From assembly GCA_963796685.1 (NCBI GenBank), contig CAWCMR010000009.1:256001-320000 (forward strand): a stretch of 64,000 bases of DNA, written 5' to 3'. Below the pieces are notes generated by a model that saw only the letters and a list, made by a program, of their open reading frames with translations, was not told where the DNA came from and did not search any database. Position numbers and translations under genes: made by a program. Source of the DNA: an uncultured delta proteobacterium (lineage in GTDB: Bacteria; Myxococcota_A; Polyangia; Fen-1088). Of the stretch, positions 1 through 9,303 are shown piece by piece (positions within the stretch are counted from its first letter, which is position 1; every line of letters begins with the position of its first letter).

Positions 1-61
1 CTCCGGGCGACAGGGCGAAGCTCCACCTGCGACACGTTCGCCATCCATCTTCACGAACAAC

Positions 62-1681
62 GTGATCGTCGGCTTCTTCCATTCCGCGAGCGCGCGGCTG
101 CTGGCGCCGCTGCTGCTGACCATCGTCGTCGTCTTCTCGATCTACGCCTTCCTGAGCTTTCGCGCCATCTCGCAAGAGTGGAACGAGTCCGTGTACTCGT
201 ACGCGCGCAAGTTTGGCGAGCTGGCCAAGCGCGCCACCAACCACGGCATGCTGGTCAATCGCAGCGAGGACGTGCAGTACGTGGTCCAATTGTTGGCGGA
301 CAGCCCGGGCGTCGTGGCCCTGAACATCTACAACAAACAGGGCGTCGTGGCGTTCTCCCACGATCCCGGCAAGGTCGGCCAGAAGGTGGACCTGCAGGCG
401 GAGGCCTGCGTGGTCTGCCACGACAAGACGGCACCGCTCAAGGCCGTCAACACCGAGAAGCGCACGCGGATCTACCGCAACAACGCCGGCCGCCGCGTGT
501 TCGGCGTCATCGAGCCCATCGAGAATGAACCGCGCTGTGCGCGCAGCGGCTGCCACGCGCCGGTCAGCGAGCAATCCATCCTCGGCATCATGGACGTGCA
601 GATGTCGCTGGAACCGCTCGACCTCGCGCTGGCGGACGCGCGCAGGCGCTCGCTGTGGCTGACCATCGCGGTCATGCTCATGGTCAGCGCGGGCACCATC
701 GCCTTCGTGTACCGCATCGTGCGCCGGCCGGTCATGAAGCTGGTCGAAGGCACGCAGCGCATCGCCCAGGGCGATCTGGACACGCGCATCGACGTGACCT
801 CGCGCGACGAGCTCGGCGTGCTGGCCTCGGCCTTCAACGGCATGACCCAGGATCTGCACAAGGCGCGCGCAGAGGCCAACCATTGGTCGCAGCAGCTCGA
901 ACAAAAGGTCGTCGAGAAGACCGCCGAGCTGGGGCGCATCCAGCGCCAGGTGCTGCTCATGGAGAAGATGGCCTCGCTCGGCAAGCTGGCCGCCACCGTG
1001 GCCCACGAGCTCAACAACCCGCTCGGCGGAATCCTGAACTACGCCAAGCTGGTCGAGCGCGTGGTGCGCGACGAGACCCTCGACGAGGCGGGCAAGCGCG
1101 AGGTGCAACGCTACCTCACCGCCATCCAGCAGGAATCGCGCCGCTCGGGAGACATCGTGCGCAACCTGCTGCTCTTCGCACGTCCGTCGCAGGCCAGCTT
1201 CGCGCCCGTGCACCTGTCCCAGATCATCGAGCGCAGCCTCCTGCTCATCCAGCACCGCATGACCATGGCTTCCATCGTCTGCGAATACCAGCCGACCGAG
1301 CAGGACGACCTGCTCACCTGCGACCCCGATCAAATCCAGCAATTGCTCGTGGCCCTGCTGGTGAACGCCATCGAGGCCATGGAGGACGGCGGGACCTTGC
1401 GACTCACCGTCACGCCGAGCGCCGAGGCCATGCAATGGGTCGTGGCCGACACCGGCGTGGGCATCCCGGAAGACGCCATCGGCCACATCTTCGAGCCGTT
1501 CTTTTCCACCAAGGACAAGGAAAGCGGGGTGGGATTGGGCCTGGCCGTGGTCTATGGCATTGTACAAGGGCACCATGGCACCATCGATGTGACGTCGCAG
1601 CCGGGCAAGGGGACCAGTTTCACGATCCGCCTGCCCCGAAGCCCCAAGCCTCCCGACAGCCCCAGCAAGGAAACCGAGTAG
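62..1681 (+). CDS. Sensor histidine kinase (periplasmic heme-c domain, HAMP, HisKA, HATPase)
   Basis: Two TM segments flank a periplasmic domain with CVVCH and CARSGCH; HAMP (DELGVLASAFNGM); H-box AHELNNPL; N/G boxes (NAIEAM, DTGVGI, GVGLGL). Confidence 0.93.
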   Translation: MIVGFFHSASARLLAPLLLTIVVVFSIYAFLSFRAISQEWNESVYSYARKFGELAKRATNHGMLVNRSEDVQYVVQLLADSPGVVALNIYNKQGVVAFSHDPGKVGQKVDLQAEACVVCHDKTAPLKAVNTEKRTRIYRNNAGRRVFGVIEPIENEPRCARSGCHAPVSEQSILGIMDVQMSLEPLDLALADARRRSLWLTIAVMLMVSAGTIAFVYRIVRRPVMKLVEGTQRIAQGDLDTRIDVTSRDELGVLASAFNGMTQDLHKARAEANHWSQQLEQKVVEKTAELGRIQRQVLLMEKMASLGKLAATVAHELNNPLGGILNYAKLVERVVRDETLDEAGKREVQRYLTAIQQESRRSGDIVRNLLLFARPSQASFAPVHLSQIIERSLLLIQHRMTMASIVCEYQPTEQDDLLTCDPDQIQQLLVALLVNAIEAMEDGGTLRLTVTPSAEAMQWVVADTGVGIPEDAIGHIFEPFFSTKDKESGVGLGLAVVYGIVQGHHGTIDVTSQPGKGTSFTIRLPRSPKPPDSPSKETE

Positions 1682-1682
1682 C

Positions 1683-3074
1683 ATGCCCCCACAACAAGCC
1701 AGCATCTTGATCGTCGACGACGAGCTCAGCGTCCGCGATTCCTTGCTGCACTGGTTTCGCAAGGATGGTTTCACCGTGGCCACGGCTGCCAGCGCCACCC
1801 TCGCCCTGCAAGCGCTGGAACAGAACCCGTACGACATCATCCTGCTCGACATCAAGATGCCCGGCATGGACGGCATGGAGCTGCAAACGCGCATCCACGC
1901 CTTGAATCCCAAGATCGTGGTCATCATGATGACGGCCTTCGCCTCGGTGGACACGGCCGTGCGCGCGCTCAAGCAAGGCGCCTTCGACTACGTCACCAAA
2001 CCCATCGATCCCGACGAGCTCAGCCACCTCGTCGCGCGTGCCCTCAAGGAGCGGCGGCTGGAGGACGAGAACTCGCAGCTCAAGGAAACCATCGCCGAGC
2101 TGTCGGCGGCGGATTTCGTCATCGGCGAGAGCCCGGCCATGCACAAGGTGATGGAGCTGATTCGCCAAGTGGCGCAGACCAACGCCACCGTGATGATCCG
2201 GGGCGAAAGCGGAACCGGCAAGGAGCTGGTCGCGCGCACCATCCACGCCAACAGCGCACGCAAATACTTTCCCATCGTGCCCATCAACTGCGGCGCCCTG
2301 CCCGACAGCCTGCTCGAAAGCGAGCTCTTCGGACACGAGAAGGGCGCCTTCACCGGCGCCAACTTCCGGCGCAAGGGCCGCCTGGAAATGGCCGACGGCG
2401 GAACCCTGTTTCTCGACGAGATCGGCACCATCACGCCCAAGATGCAGGTCGATCTCCTGCGCGCCATCGAAACCAGCGAGATCACCCGGCTCGGCGGCTC
2501 GCGCCCGGTGCAGGTGAATTTCCGCATCATCTGCGCCACCAACGAAGACTTGGAGAAGCTGGTGGCGGAGGGAAAGTTCCGCCAGGATCTCTATTACCGC
2601 ATCAACGTGTTCAGCATCGCCTTGCCGGCCTTGCGACAGCGGCGCGAGGACATTCCCACCCTGGCCCGCCACTTCATGGGCAAGCTGGCCATGGAAATGG
2701 ACAAGCGCGTGTCCGACATCAGCCCCGAAGCCAACCACAAGCTCATGGCCTACGACTGGCCCGGCAACGTGCGCGAGCTGGCCAACGCCATCGAACGCGC
2801 CATGGTGGTGAGCCGGACCGGCGTGATCCGCCCCGAGGATCTGCCCTTCGCCGTGCCCGAGGCACCGGCCGCGTCCGTGCCCGGCGGCGACTCCCTGGCC
2901 GACATGGAGAAGGCCCACATCGCGGTCATCCTCGGCCGCACGCGCTGGAACATCACCCAGGCCGCCGATCTGCTGCAGATCGACCGCGCCACGCTGTACA
3001 ACAAGATCAAGCGCTACGGCCTGCAACGTGCCGAGGGCGGCGAGACCGACGTAAGCGGTTCCAAACCGACGTGA
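1683..3074 (+). CDS. Sigma-54-dependent response regulator (NtrC/AtoC family)
   Basis: Receiver (ILIVDDE, DIKMPGMDG), Walker A GESGTGKE, GAFTGA, WPGNVREL, C-terminal Fis-type HTH. Confidence 0.96.
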   Translation: MPPQQASILIVDDELSVRDSLLHWFRKDGFTVATAASATLALQALEQNPYDIILLDIKMPGMDGMELQTRIHALNPKIVVIMMTAFASVDTAVRALKQGAFDYVTKPIDPDELSHLVARALKERRLEDENSQLKETIAELSAADFVIGESPAMHKVMELIRQVAQTNATVMIRGESGTGKELVARTIHANSARKYFPIVPINCGALPDSLLESELFGHEKGAFTGANFRRKGRLEMADGGTLFLDEIGTITPKMQVDLLRAIETSEITRLGGSRPVQVNFRIICATNEDLEKLVAEGKFRQDLYYRINVFSIALPALRQRREDIPTLARHFMGKLAMEMDKRVSDISPEANHKLMAYDWPGNVRELANAIERAMVVSRTGVIRPEDLPFAVPEAPAASVPGGDSLADMEKAHIAVILGRTRWNITQAADLLQIDRATLYNKIKRYGLQRAEGGETDVSGSKPT

Positions 3075-3084
3075 GCCCGCGGCC

Positions 3085-3630
3085 GTGTCGGTGGTCCAGC
3101 TTGTCCCCATCTGCCTGCCGAGCCAACCGTCTCTGCTCGATGATGTCGCCGCGCACATCGGCCGCGCCTTCTCGGCGACCGTGACCGTGCGTCCCCTGCG
3201 CTTCGATCCCGAGCTCGCCTTCGACCGTTCGCGCGGCCAATACAACTCGACCGAGCTCCTGGCGAGCCTGCTCGACGAATCGTCAGGCAGCGAGGACCGC
3301 GTTCTCGGCATCGCGGGGGTCGACCTGTTCATCCCCATCCTCACCTACGTCTTCGGCGAGGCGCAGCTCTCTGGCCGAGCGGCCGTCGTCTCCACCTACC
3401 GCCTGGATAGCGCCCTTTACGGGTTGCCCGCCGACCCCCTCTTGCTGCTCGACCGGCTGGCCAAGGAGGCTGTCCACGAGCTTGGCCACACCTGCGGGCT
3501 CGTGCACTGCAACCAATCCATGTGCGTGATGCGAAGCTCGACCTACGTCGAGGACATCGATCTCAAGCCCGTCCGGTTCTGCCCCGCCTGCAACCAGAGG
3601 ATCCGCGCCGCAACCCACGCTCGAGGTTAG
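3085..3630 (+). CDS. amzA: Archaemetzincin-family Zn metalloprotease
   Basis: HELGHTCGLVHC-x4-CVM zinc motif, distal CPAC, RGQYNS and YVFGEA motifs. Confidence 0.88.
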   Translation: MSVVQLVPICLPSQPSLLDDVAAHIGRAFSATVTVRPLRFDPELAFDRSRGQYNSTELLASLLDESSGSEDRVLGIAGVDLFIPILTYVFGEAQLSGRAAVVSTYRLDSALYGLPADPLLLLDRLAKEAVHELGHTCGLVHCNQSMCVMRSSTYVEDIDLKPVRFCPACNQRIRAATHARG

Positions 3631-3654
3631 CCGCCGAGGCTCGAAGATCCCCGG

Positions 3655-3805
3655 TACCAGAAAGAGACACCTTTCCACGACGGATGCACGCACCCAATCG
3701 GAGCGATGATGGGTGGTCGTAGGCGTCGTCGTGGACGTTCCCGTGGCCGTGGCCGACGAAGATCGCTCCGGCCACGGCCACGGCCACGACCAGGACCACG
3801 ACCTC
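3655..3805. repeat. Intergenic palindromic/hexamer repeat element, copy 1
   Basis: CAGAAAGAGACACCTTTCCACGACGGATGCACGCACCCAAT followed by CGTGGC/GCCACG arms around GAAGATC; homologous in reverse orientation to 15352-15620. Confidence 0.8.
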
Positions 3806-3827
3806 CCGCGGCTATCGCGGGATTGCC

Positions 3828-4931
3828 GTGGGCGATCACCCCTGGCGCACAAGGCCGGATTCGTGTCAGCGTAGCCGGGTGCCCCTGGCCAGCTACCTCC
3901 TGTTCGTCGCCACCACCGTCCCTGGACTGATCGCGCCAGATCCGGCGCAAGCGGCCAAACCCGTCCAGGTCGAATTCGAGGCACCGGCCGGGTGTTCGGG
4001 GGCCGAGGCTTTCTTCCGCAGTCTACGTTCGCGCACGGATCAGGTGCGGCGAGCCGATCCCGGCGAACCCCACACGACGCTGCAGGTCCGGTTGCTGCGC
4101 AAGGGCGGCCATGTCCTCGGCGAGTTGCGCGTGGTAAACGATCGCGGCGGAACCGATACGCGCAAGGTGCAAGGGGCAAGCTGCGACGATGTCGTGCAAG
4201 CGCTGTCGCTCACGGCCGCGCTGGCGGTTGATCCCAGTGCCCTTCTCTCCGCGCCGGCCTCGGCACCCGAAGAAGCGCCCGCGCCCACGGCGGAAGTCGC
4301 GAAGGAGCCGCAGGCAACGAAGCCGCCCGCGGTGAAGGAAGTTCGGGCTGCGGCTGCGCCGCCGAGCACGCCTGAAGTCGTCGCATCGGACACGAGCTTG
4401 CCCGTCCCAAGCTTCACGCTCGGCGTGGGGCCGCTGGGCGGTGCCCTGCTCGCTTCGAGCGCGGGGCTGGGCGCTGCGGTCGCCTCCCGGTGGACGCTTG
4501 CCGATCGAGGTGTCCTGCGCGCAAGTCTCGGGCTGGCCTTCATCTACCTGCGCAACGATGCGGTGCTAACGCCCGGAGCGGTCCAGATCGTCCTGACCGG
4601 GCTCGCGGCCACCGCGTGCCCGTTTCGGGCCACCACAAGCATCCTCACCTTCGAGCCGTGTGCCTTGCTGCTCGGCGGATGGCTTGCCGCCAGCGGGCGC
4701 GAGACCACGCACGCCTACTCCGTCGATCGGCTTTGGCTGAGCGCGGGCGGGATCTTGCGCGTTGCCGCCTCCCTGGGTGGCGGATTCTGGCTCGACGCGC
4801 AGGTAGGAGTCAGCGCACCTTTCTTCAAGAGACGGTTCTTCATCACCACCCCGGACAACGTGGTCAACGTGGTCGGCGAAACCCCAATGATTTCGCCCAT
4901 TGCGGGCCTCGGTTTGGCTTACGGTTTCTAG
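3828..4931 (+). CDS. Exported protein: N-terminal Cys-pair domain, Pro/Ala linker, probable C-terminal beta-barrel (true start probably near 3879)
   Basis: Hydrophobic leader ending AQA; amphipathic strands; C-terminus GLGLAYGF; directly upstream of ECF sigma. Confidence 0.65.
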   Translation: MGDHPWRTRPDSCQRSRVPLASYLLFVATTVPGLIAPDPAQAAKPVQVEFEAPAGCSGAEAFFRSLRSRTDQVRRADPGEPHTTLQVRLLRKGGHVLGELRVVNDRGGTDTRKVQGASCDDVVQALSLTAALAVDPSALLSAPASAPEEAPAPTAEVAKEPQATKPPAVKEVRAAAAPPSTPEVVASDTSLPVPSFTLGVGPLGGALLASSAGLGAAVASRWTLADRGVLRASLGLAFIYLRNDAVLTPGAVQIVLTGLAATACPFRATTSILTFEPCALLLGGWLAASGRETTHAYSVDRLWLSAGGILRVAASLGGGFWLDAQVGVSAPFFKRRFFITTPDNVVNVVGETPMISPIAGLGLAYGF

Positions 4932-4934
4932 GCG

Positions 4935-5624
4935 ATGCGTGGGGGTGTGATCCATTCGCGACTTGGCGGGAATAAAGGCAAGCATGAGGCCTTGATGCCC
5001 TTTCTTATCTCCACCGACTCCCCTGCCTTCCATTCCCGCCCCGTGGCCGCCTTGCCTGCCGACGGTCGCCCCGGTATGGTTCCAAGGGTGGGAGGCAAGA
5101 GCGAGAGGGAGTCGCGCCTGCGCCAGTTGGTCGACAAGCATGTGGGCCACGTGGCGCGAATTCTGCGCAATGCCGGCACCAGCGAGGCCGACATCGACGA
5201 TGACGTCCAACGCGTCTTCATCGCCCTTTCCAACCGCCTGGACGACGTGCGTGTCGGGGCGGAGAAGAGCTTCCTGTTCCAAACCGCGCTGCACATGGCG
5301 GCGCATTCGCGGCGAACGGCAGCACGACGGCGGGAGATTCTCACGGACCGGACGCCCGAGATGGTCGATTCCTTCGCCGGTCCGGAGGAGATGGCCAACC
5401 AAAAGCAAGTGCGGCGAACCCTCGACCGGATTCTGAATCAAATGGAAACCGAGCTTCGTGTCGTGTTCGCGCTGTACGAGTTCGAGGAGATGACGACCGC
5501 GGAAATCAGCTCGGTTCTCGAAATTCCCCGTGGCACCGTGGCTTCCCGCCTGCGCAGGGCGCGGGTCGAGTTCCGCGAGCGCGTCTCCAGGATGGAGAGC
5601 CTTTCGAAGACCGAGGTAGGCTGA
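4935..5624 (+). CDS. ECF sigma-70 factor (start may be downstream, near 4994)
   Basis: Region 2 (DDDVQRVF, SFLFQTA) and region 4 (EISSVLEIPRGTVASRLRRAR). Confidence 0.92.
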   Translation: MRGGVIHSRLGGNKGKHEALMPFLISTDSPAFHSRPVAALPADGRPGMVPRVGGKSERESRLRQLVDKHVGHVARILRNAGTSEADIDDDVQRVFIALSNRLDDVRVGAEKSFLFQTALHMAAHSRRTAARRREILTDRTPEMVDSFAGPEEMANQKQVRRTLDRILNQMETELRVVFALYEFEEMTTAEISSVLEIPRGTVASRLRRARVEFRERVSRMESLSKTEVG

Positions 5625-6325
5625 TGGACGAACCAGAACGTTTGCGCTATCAGACTGGTTCCGAGCTCGAACGAGCCCTGCTGCGCGAGGGCCAGGCCTA
5701 CCGCGGTCCCGACAACCTGCGCGCCGACACCTTGGCAGCGCTCGGCTTGGCGAGTTCGGCCGGGCTTGCGACCGGTGGATTCCTGGCATGGCTGTCGGCC
5801 AAGACCTGGGCCACCAAGGTGGCGCTGACCCTGGCCACGGCGTCCGTGCTGGCAGGGATCCCGGTGGGCTACCTCGCCTTTCGCCAAGCCCCCGTCCCCG
5901 CGCCTCGACCATCCGAGCCCCCCGCGTCCGCGTCCGGAGGCGCCGCGCCTTCCGGTCGCCCGGCCAACGTGGAGCCGCCCATCGAGGCGCCCCCGGCAAG
6001 TGCCCCGGCTGCGGCGTCCCCTCCGTTGGCCTCCCACCCTGCGGGCAGCCCGACGAGCTCGGCTCTTCGCGCTGAGCTGGCGGCCCTCGATGCCGCGCGA
6101 TCCACCCTCGCCAGCGGCGACCCCGAAGGGGCACTGTCATTCCTGAACGCCTATTTCCGCACCTTCCCGCGTGGCCGCCTCCGTCCCGAGGCCGAGGTTC
6201 TGCGCATCGACGCCTTGGCCAAGGGGGGTCGCATGGACGCCGCGCAGAGGTACGCTCGGGAGTTCCTGCGCCGCCGCCCGAACAGTGTGCTCGCGGCGCG
6301 TGTGCAAGCCATCGCTGGACCCTGA
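5624..6325 (+). CDS. Putative transmembrane anti-sigma factor with C-terminal TPR-like domain
   Basis: Coupled to ECF (TGATG); hydrophobic segment, Pro-rich linker, helical end (ELAALDAAR...FPRGRLRPEAEVLRIDAL). Confidence 0.72.
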   Translation: MDEPERLRYQTGSELERALLREGQAYRGPDNLRADTLAALGLASSAGLATGGFLAWLSAKTWATKVALTLATASVLAGIPVGYLAFRQAPVPAPRPSEPPASASGGAAPSGRPANVEPPIEAPPASAPAAASPPLASHPAGSPTSSALRAELAALDAARSTLASGDPEGALSFLNAYFRTFPRGRLRPEAEVLRIDALAKGGRMDAAQRYAREFLRRRPNSVLAARVQAIAGP

Positions 6326-7602
6326 TGTCTCTCCGATCCCTGGCCCCGTGCTGGACGTGCCTCGGCCTCGCACTCGGGCTTCTGCCCTCGTGCAAGAGCA
6401 CGCTTGATTCCGTCGGGTGCAACGAAAGAACCTTCCCCATCGACGGGGGCGCCGGCATCGACGGGGGAGCCGGACTTTCGTCCCTGCTCGGTCCTCCCTC
6501 TTATCCCAACGCCTTTCGCGACCTCCTCGGCAAGAGCCAGAGCGACATTACCAACAAGGTCAATGCGACGTTCAATCAGCTCTTTCACGGCGACTCGCTG
6601 ACCCAGGCGATCTACTACCCTGTCGGCAGCGACCAAGCCTACATCCGGGATGTCTACCACGGCGACATTCGCACCGAGGGAATCGGGCTCGGCATGATCA
6701 TCACCGTCGAGCTCGACAAGCGCGACGAATTCGATCGGCTTTGGCGCTACGTCAAAGCGAGCCAAGTTCCAAGCGGTCCCGACCAGGGCTACTTTCCCTC
6801 GTTCTGCTACAGCGGCGATGCGATCCCGTGCTACGACCCATTCGGGCTGCAGCAGATCACCACCGCGCTACTCCTGGCGCGCGGCCGCTGGCAAGACACC
6901 CCGGGCGACATCGACTACGGACAAGAAGCCCGCTCCTTGCTCGACCTCATCCGTTACAAGGAGGCCGACAACTGCGGCATCGTCCAGGACGTCACCGGGA
7001 CCTTCGACCCCAAGAGCGGCCTTCCGTACGACACCCCGACCACGGCTTCCGCCAACATCTCGCGTCCCTCCATCGCCATGCCGGCTTACTACGAGCTGTG
7101 GGGACAAGCCACGGGCGATCCTTTCTGGTCCAAAGCCACCGCTGCGGCCCGTGCCTATTGGCAGGCCTCGGCCAACACGAGCACGGGGCTCATGCCACAG
7201 AAAGCGACCTTCGACGGCACGCCGGTCGCAGGATGGAACACCTTCGAGCCCGAAGGCGATCGCGCCCTCATCGGCATGGCGCTCGATCGCGTCTGGTTCG
7301 GCAGCGAGCCATGGGTGGTGGACGAGAGCGACCTGCTGCTGCAATTCTTCGATGGGCAGGGCGTCACCACCTACGGATCGATCTATTCGCTGGACGGCTT
7401 GAGCGTGGTCGACCCGACGCACGATCCGTCTCTCGTGGCCGCGAACGGAGCGATTGCGCTGATTGCCAGCACCAGCAAACAAACCGAGTTCATCAACGCG
7501 GTCTGGAACATGGACCCGCCGATCGGACCGTACCGCTACTACATCGGGCTCATGGACATGCTTGCGCTCCTGATTCTCAGCGGGCAGATGCAGGTCTACT
7601 AG
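6325..7602 (+). CDS. GH8 glycoside hydrolase lipoprotein, Rex/xylanase-like
   Basis: Lipobox-like LPSC; YPNAFRDLLG, DIRTEGIGLGM, EFDRLW, PAYYELW, TGLMP, RYYIGLMDMLALLILSG match GH8 oligoxylanases. Confidence 0.85.
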   Translation: MSLRSLAPCWTCLGLALGLLPSCKSTLDSVGCNERTFPIDGGAGIDGGAGLSSLLGPPSYPNAFRDLLGKSQSDITNKVNATFNQLFHGDSLTQAIYYPVGSDQAYIRDVYHGDIRTEGIGLGMIITVELDKRDEFDRLWRYVKASQVPSGPDQGYFPSFCYSGDAIPCYDPFGLQQITTALLLARGRWQDTPGDIDYGQEARSLLDLIRYKEADNCGIVQDVTGTFDPKSGLPYDTPTTASANISRPSIAMPAYYELWGQATGDPFWSKATAAARAYWQASANTSTGLMPQKATFDGTPVAGWNTFEPEGDRALIGMALDRVWFGSEPWVVDESDLLLQFFDGQGVTTYGSIYSLDGLSVVDPTHDPSLVAANGAIALIASTSKQTEFINAVWNMDPPIGPYRYYIGLMDMLALLILSGQMQVY

Positions 7603-7644
7603 ACGTTCCCCTTCGCGGCGATTCGTTGTTCGCCTCTCGGCGAG

Positions 7645-9288
7645 ATGGTAGTCAAGGTGATCATGGATGCCGCGCAAAGCTCGACGACGAGTCCACCTTC
7701 GGACGACGGTTCGTTTGCCTCGCGCTTGGTGGCCGTGGCAAAGGTTGGATTCCTCTTGTGGCTGCTCGCGGCCTGGCCGGTGTTGTTGGTCAAGCACTTG
7801 CCGCACGAGGATCTGCCGGGGCATATGGGCGCCGCCTACGTCACCGACCACCTTGCCGCCTATCCCGAATACGTCGCTGCTCACGGACTCCGCACCAACC
7901 TGGCGTTGCTCTCTTGGTTGCACGCCACTTCGCCTCGGCTCGGGTACGTGCAAGCCGCGCGCGTCTTCGTGATCGCGGTGCTGGCCATCACGGCCTTCGG
8001 CTATGCCTTCCTATTCAACGTGCTGCGGGGATCGCGGCGGATGTGGATCCCGTGCCTGTTCGCGATTCCGCTCGTGCACCACTGGTTCGTGTCGATGGGG
8101 ATGCTGAATTTCGCGCTCTCCTTCGCGCTGTGCCTGTGGATCCTCGGCCTGCTGGCGATGCAGCGGGTCCGCTGGGGGCACCTGCGGGCGGGTGGAATCG
8201 CCGTGCTTTGTGGGCTGGCCTGGCTGGCGCACAGCTTTCCACTGCTCGCGCTGGTCGCGATCGCGCTGGCCGATCTCGCCTATGCCCGCGCGCGCGACCG
8301 CGCTGCCGAGAGGCCCGCTTTGCGGGCACTGGGTTCGCTGCTCCCTGCCGCCATCCTCGTGGCGCTCGGGGCCGGGCTCGCGCCGGCAGTGGACGGCGCA
8401 GCCGCCCGCCTCGCCCCGTTCGCAAAGACCGAATGGATGGGGCTACCGCAGCTGCTCAAGATGGGGTTCCGCAACTTCGTCCTCGGCTCGAGCTATTGGG
8501 GACTGGCATCGCTCGTGCCCGCGCTGATTTTGCTGGTCGTGGTCGCCCTGCGCCGACGCCAGCAGGGTCCGCAGCTTCTGTCCAACGTGGCGCTGGCGGG
8601 ATTGACCGCAGGCTACGTCTGTACGCCGACCTTCATGCTTCCGACTTGGGGATACATCAACACCCGGTTCCTGCCCTTTCTCTGGCTCGCCCTGCTCGTG
8701 CGAGCGCCGGAGAAGCTGTCGCGCAAGTTGGCCGCGCTGCTGGTCTGCGCCGGAATCGCCGGTTCCGCAGGCAACGGCCTGGCGATGCTGAAGATGGACG
8801 GCGATCTGGCCGAGTTTTGCTCGGGCGTACCCTTCGTCGCACGGGGCGCCCGCCTCTTGCCGCTTCTGTTTTCCGTGCAGTCTCCGAGCGACAACATCGA
8901 ACCCATCCTGCACGCTTGGGGCTACTACGCCATCGAGCGCGGGACGAGCGCCGACCTGCTCTGGGCCTCGCGCAACGTGGACGCGGTCCAGTACCGGGTT
9001 TTGCCACCGCCGCGCTTCCACCATGACGTCATCCAGAACATGCCCCGCGAAATGGCCACGGCCAAAGAGTGGTGCGCGACGTTGTTGCGCGAGGCCGCGA
9101 CCGTGCCTGAGGACTGCGACCGCGCTTGGACCACGGAGTGGCAGAGCTATCTGACCAGCGCCGAGAAGCGCTACACCAGCGTCTTGGTCTGGGACGCGCC
9201 CAAGCCCGTGTTGGCGCTGATCGAGCAGCACTTCCGCATCGTGCACCAGCAAGGACGCCTGGTCATCGGGCAGCGCAAGGGGCCGTGA
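7645..9288 (+). CDS. Polytopic membrane protein, probable GT-C-fold glycosyltransferase
   Basis: Many TM helices, acidic first loop EDLPGH, GMLNF motif, soluble C-terminal domain; context of GT genes. Confidence 0.6.
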   Translation: MVVKVIMDAAQSSTTSPPSDDGSFASRLVAVAKVGFLLWLLAAWPVLLVKHLPHEDLPGHMGAAYVTDHLAAYPEYVAAHGLRTNLALLSWLHATSPRLGYVQAARVFVIAVLAITAFGYAFLFNVLRGSRRMWIPCLFAIPLVHHWFVSMGMLNFALSFALCLWILGLLAMQRVRWGHLRAGGIAVLCGLAWLAHSFPLLALVAIALADLAYARARDRAAERPALRALGSLLPAAILVALGAGLAPAVDGAAARLAPFAKTEWMGLPQLLKMGFRNFVLGSSYWGLASLVPALILLVVVALRRRQQGPQLLSNVALAGLTAGYVCTPTFMLPTWGYINTRFLPFLWLALLVRAPEKLSRKLAALLVCAGIAGSAGNGLAMLKMDGDLAEFCSGVPFVARGARLLPLLFSVQSPSDNIEPILHAWGYYAIERGTSADLLWASRNVDAVQYRVLPPPRFHHDVIQNMPREMATAKEWCATLLREAATVPEDCDRAWTTEWQSYLTSAEKRYTSVLVWDAPKPVLALIEQHFRIVHQQGRLVIGQRKGP

Positions 9289-9303
9289 GAGGCGGACACG
9301 CCC

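Noticed and set aside
1620-3344. Long antisense and alternate-frame ORFs (also 6417..9026, 26387..27742, 28353..30602, 43219..45786, 55774..57315)
   Set aside because: Shadow ORFs typical of high-GC DNA overlapping well-supported genes; no recognizable motifs.
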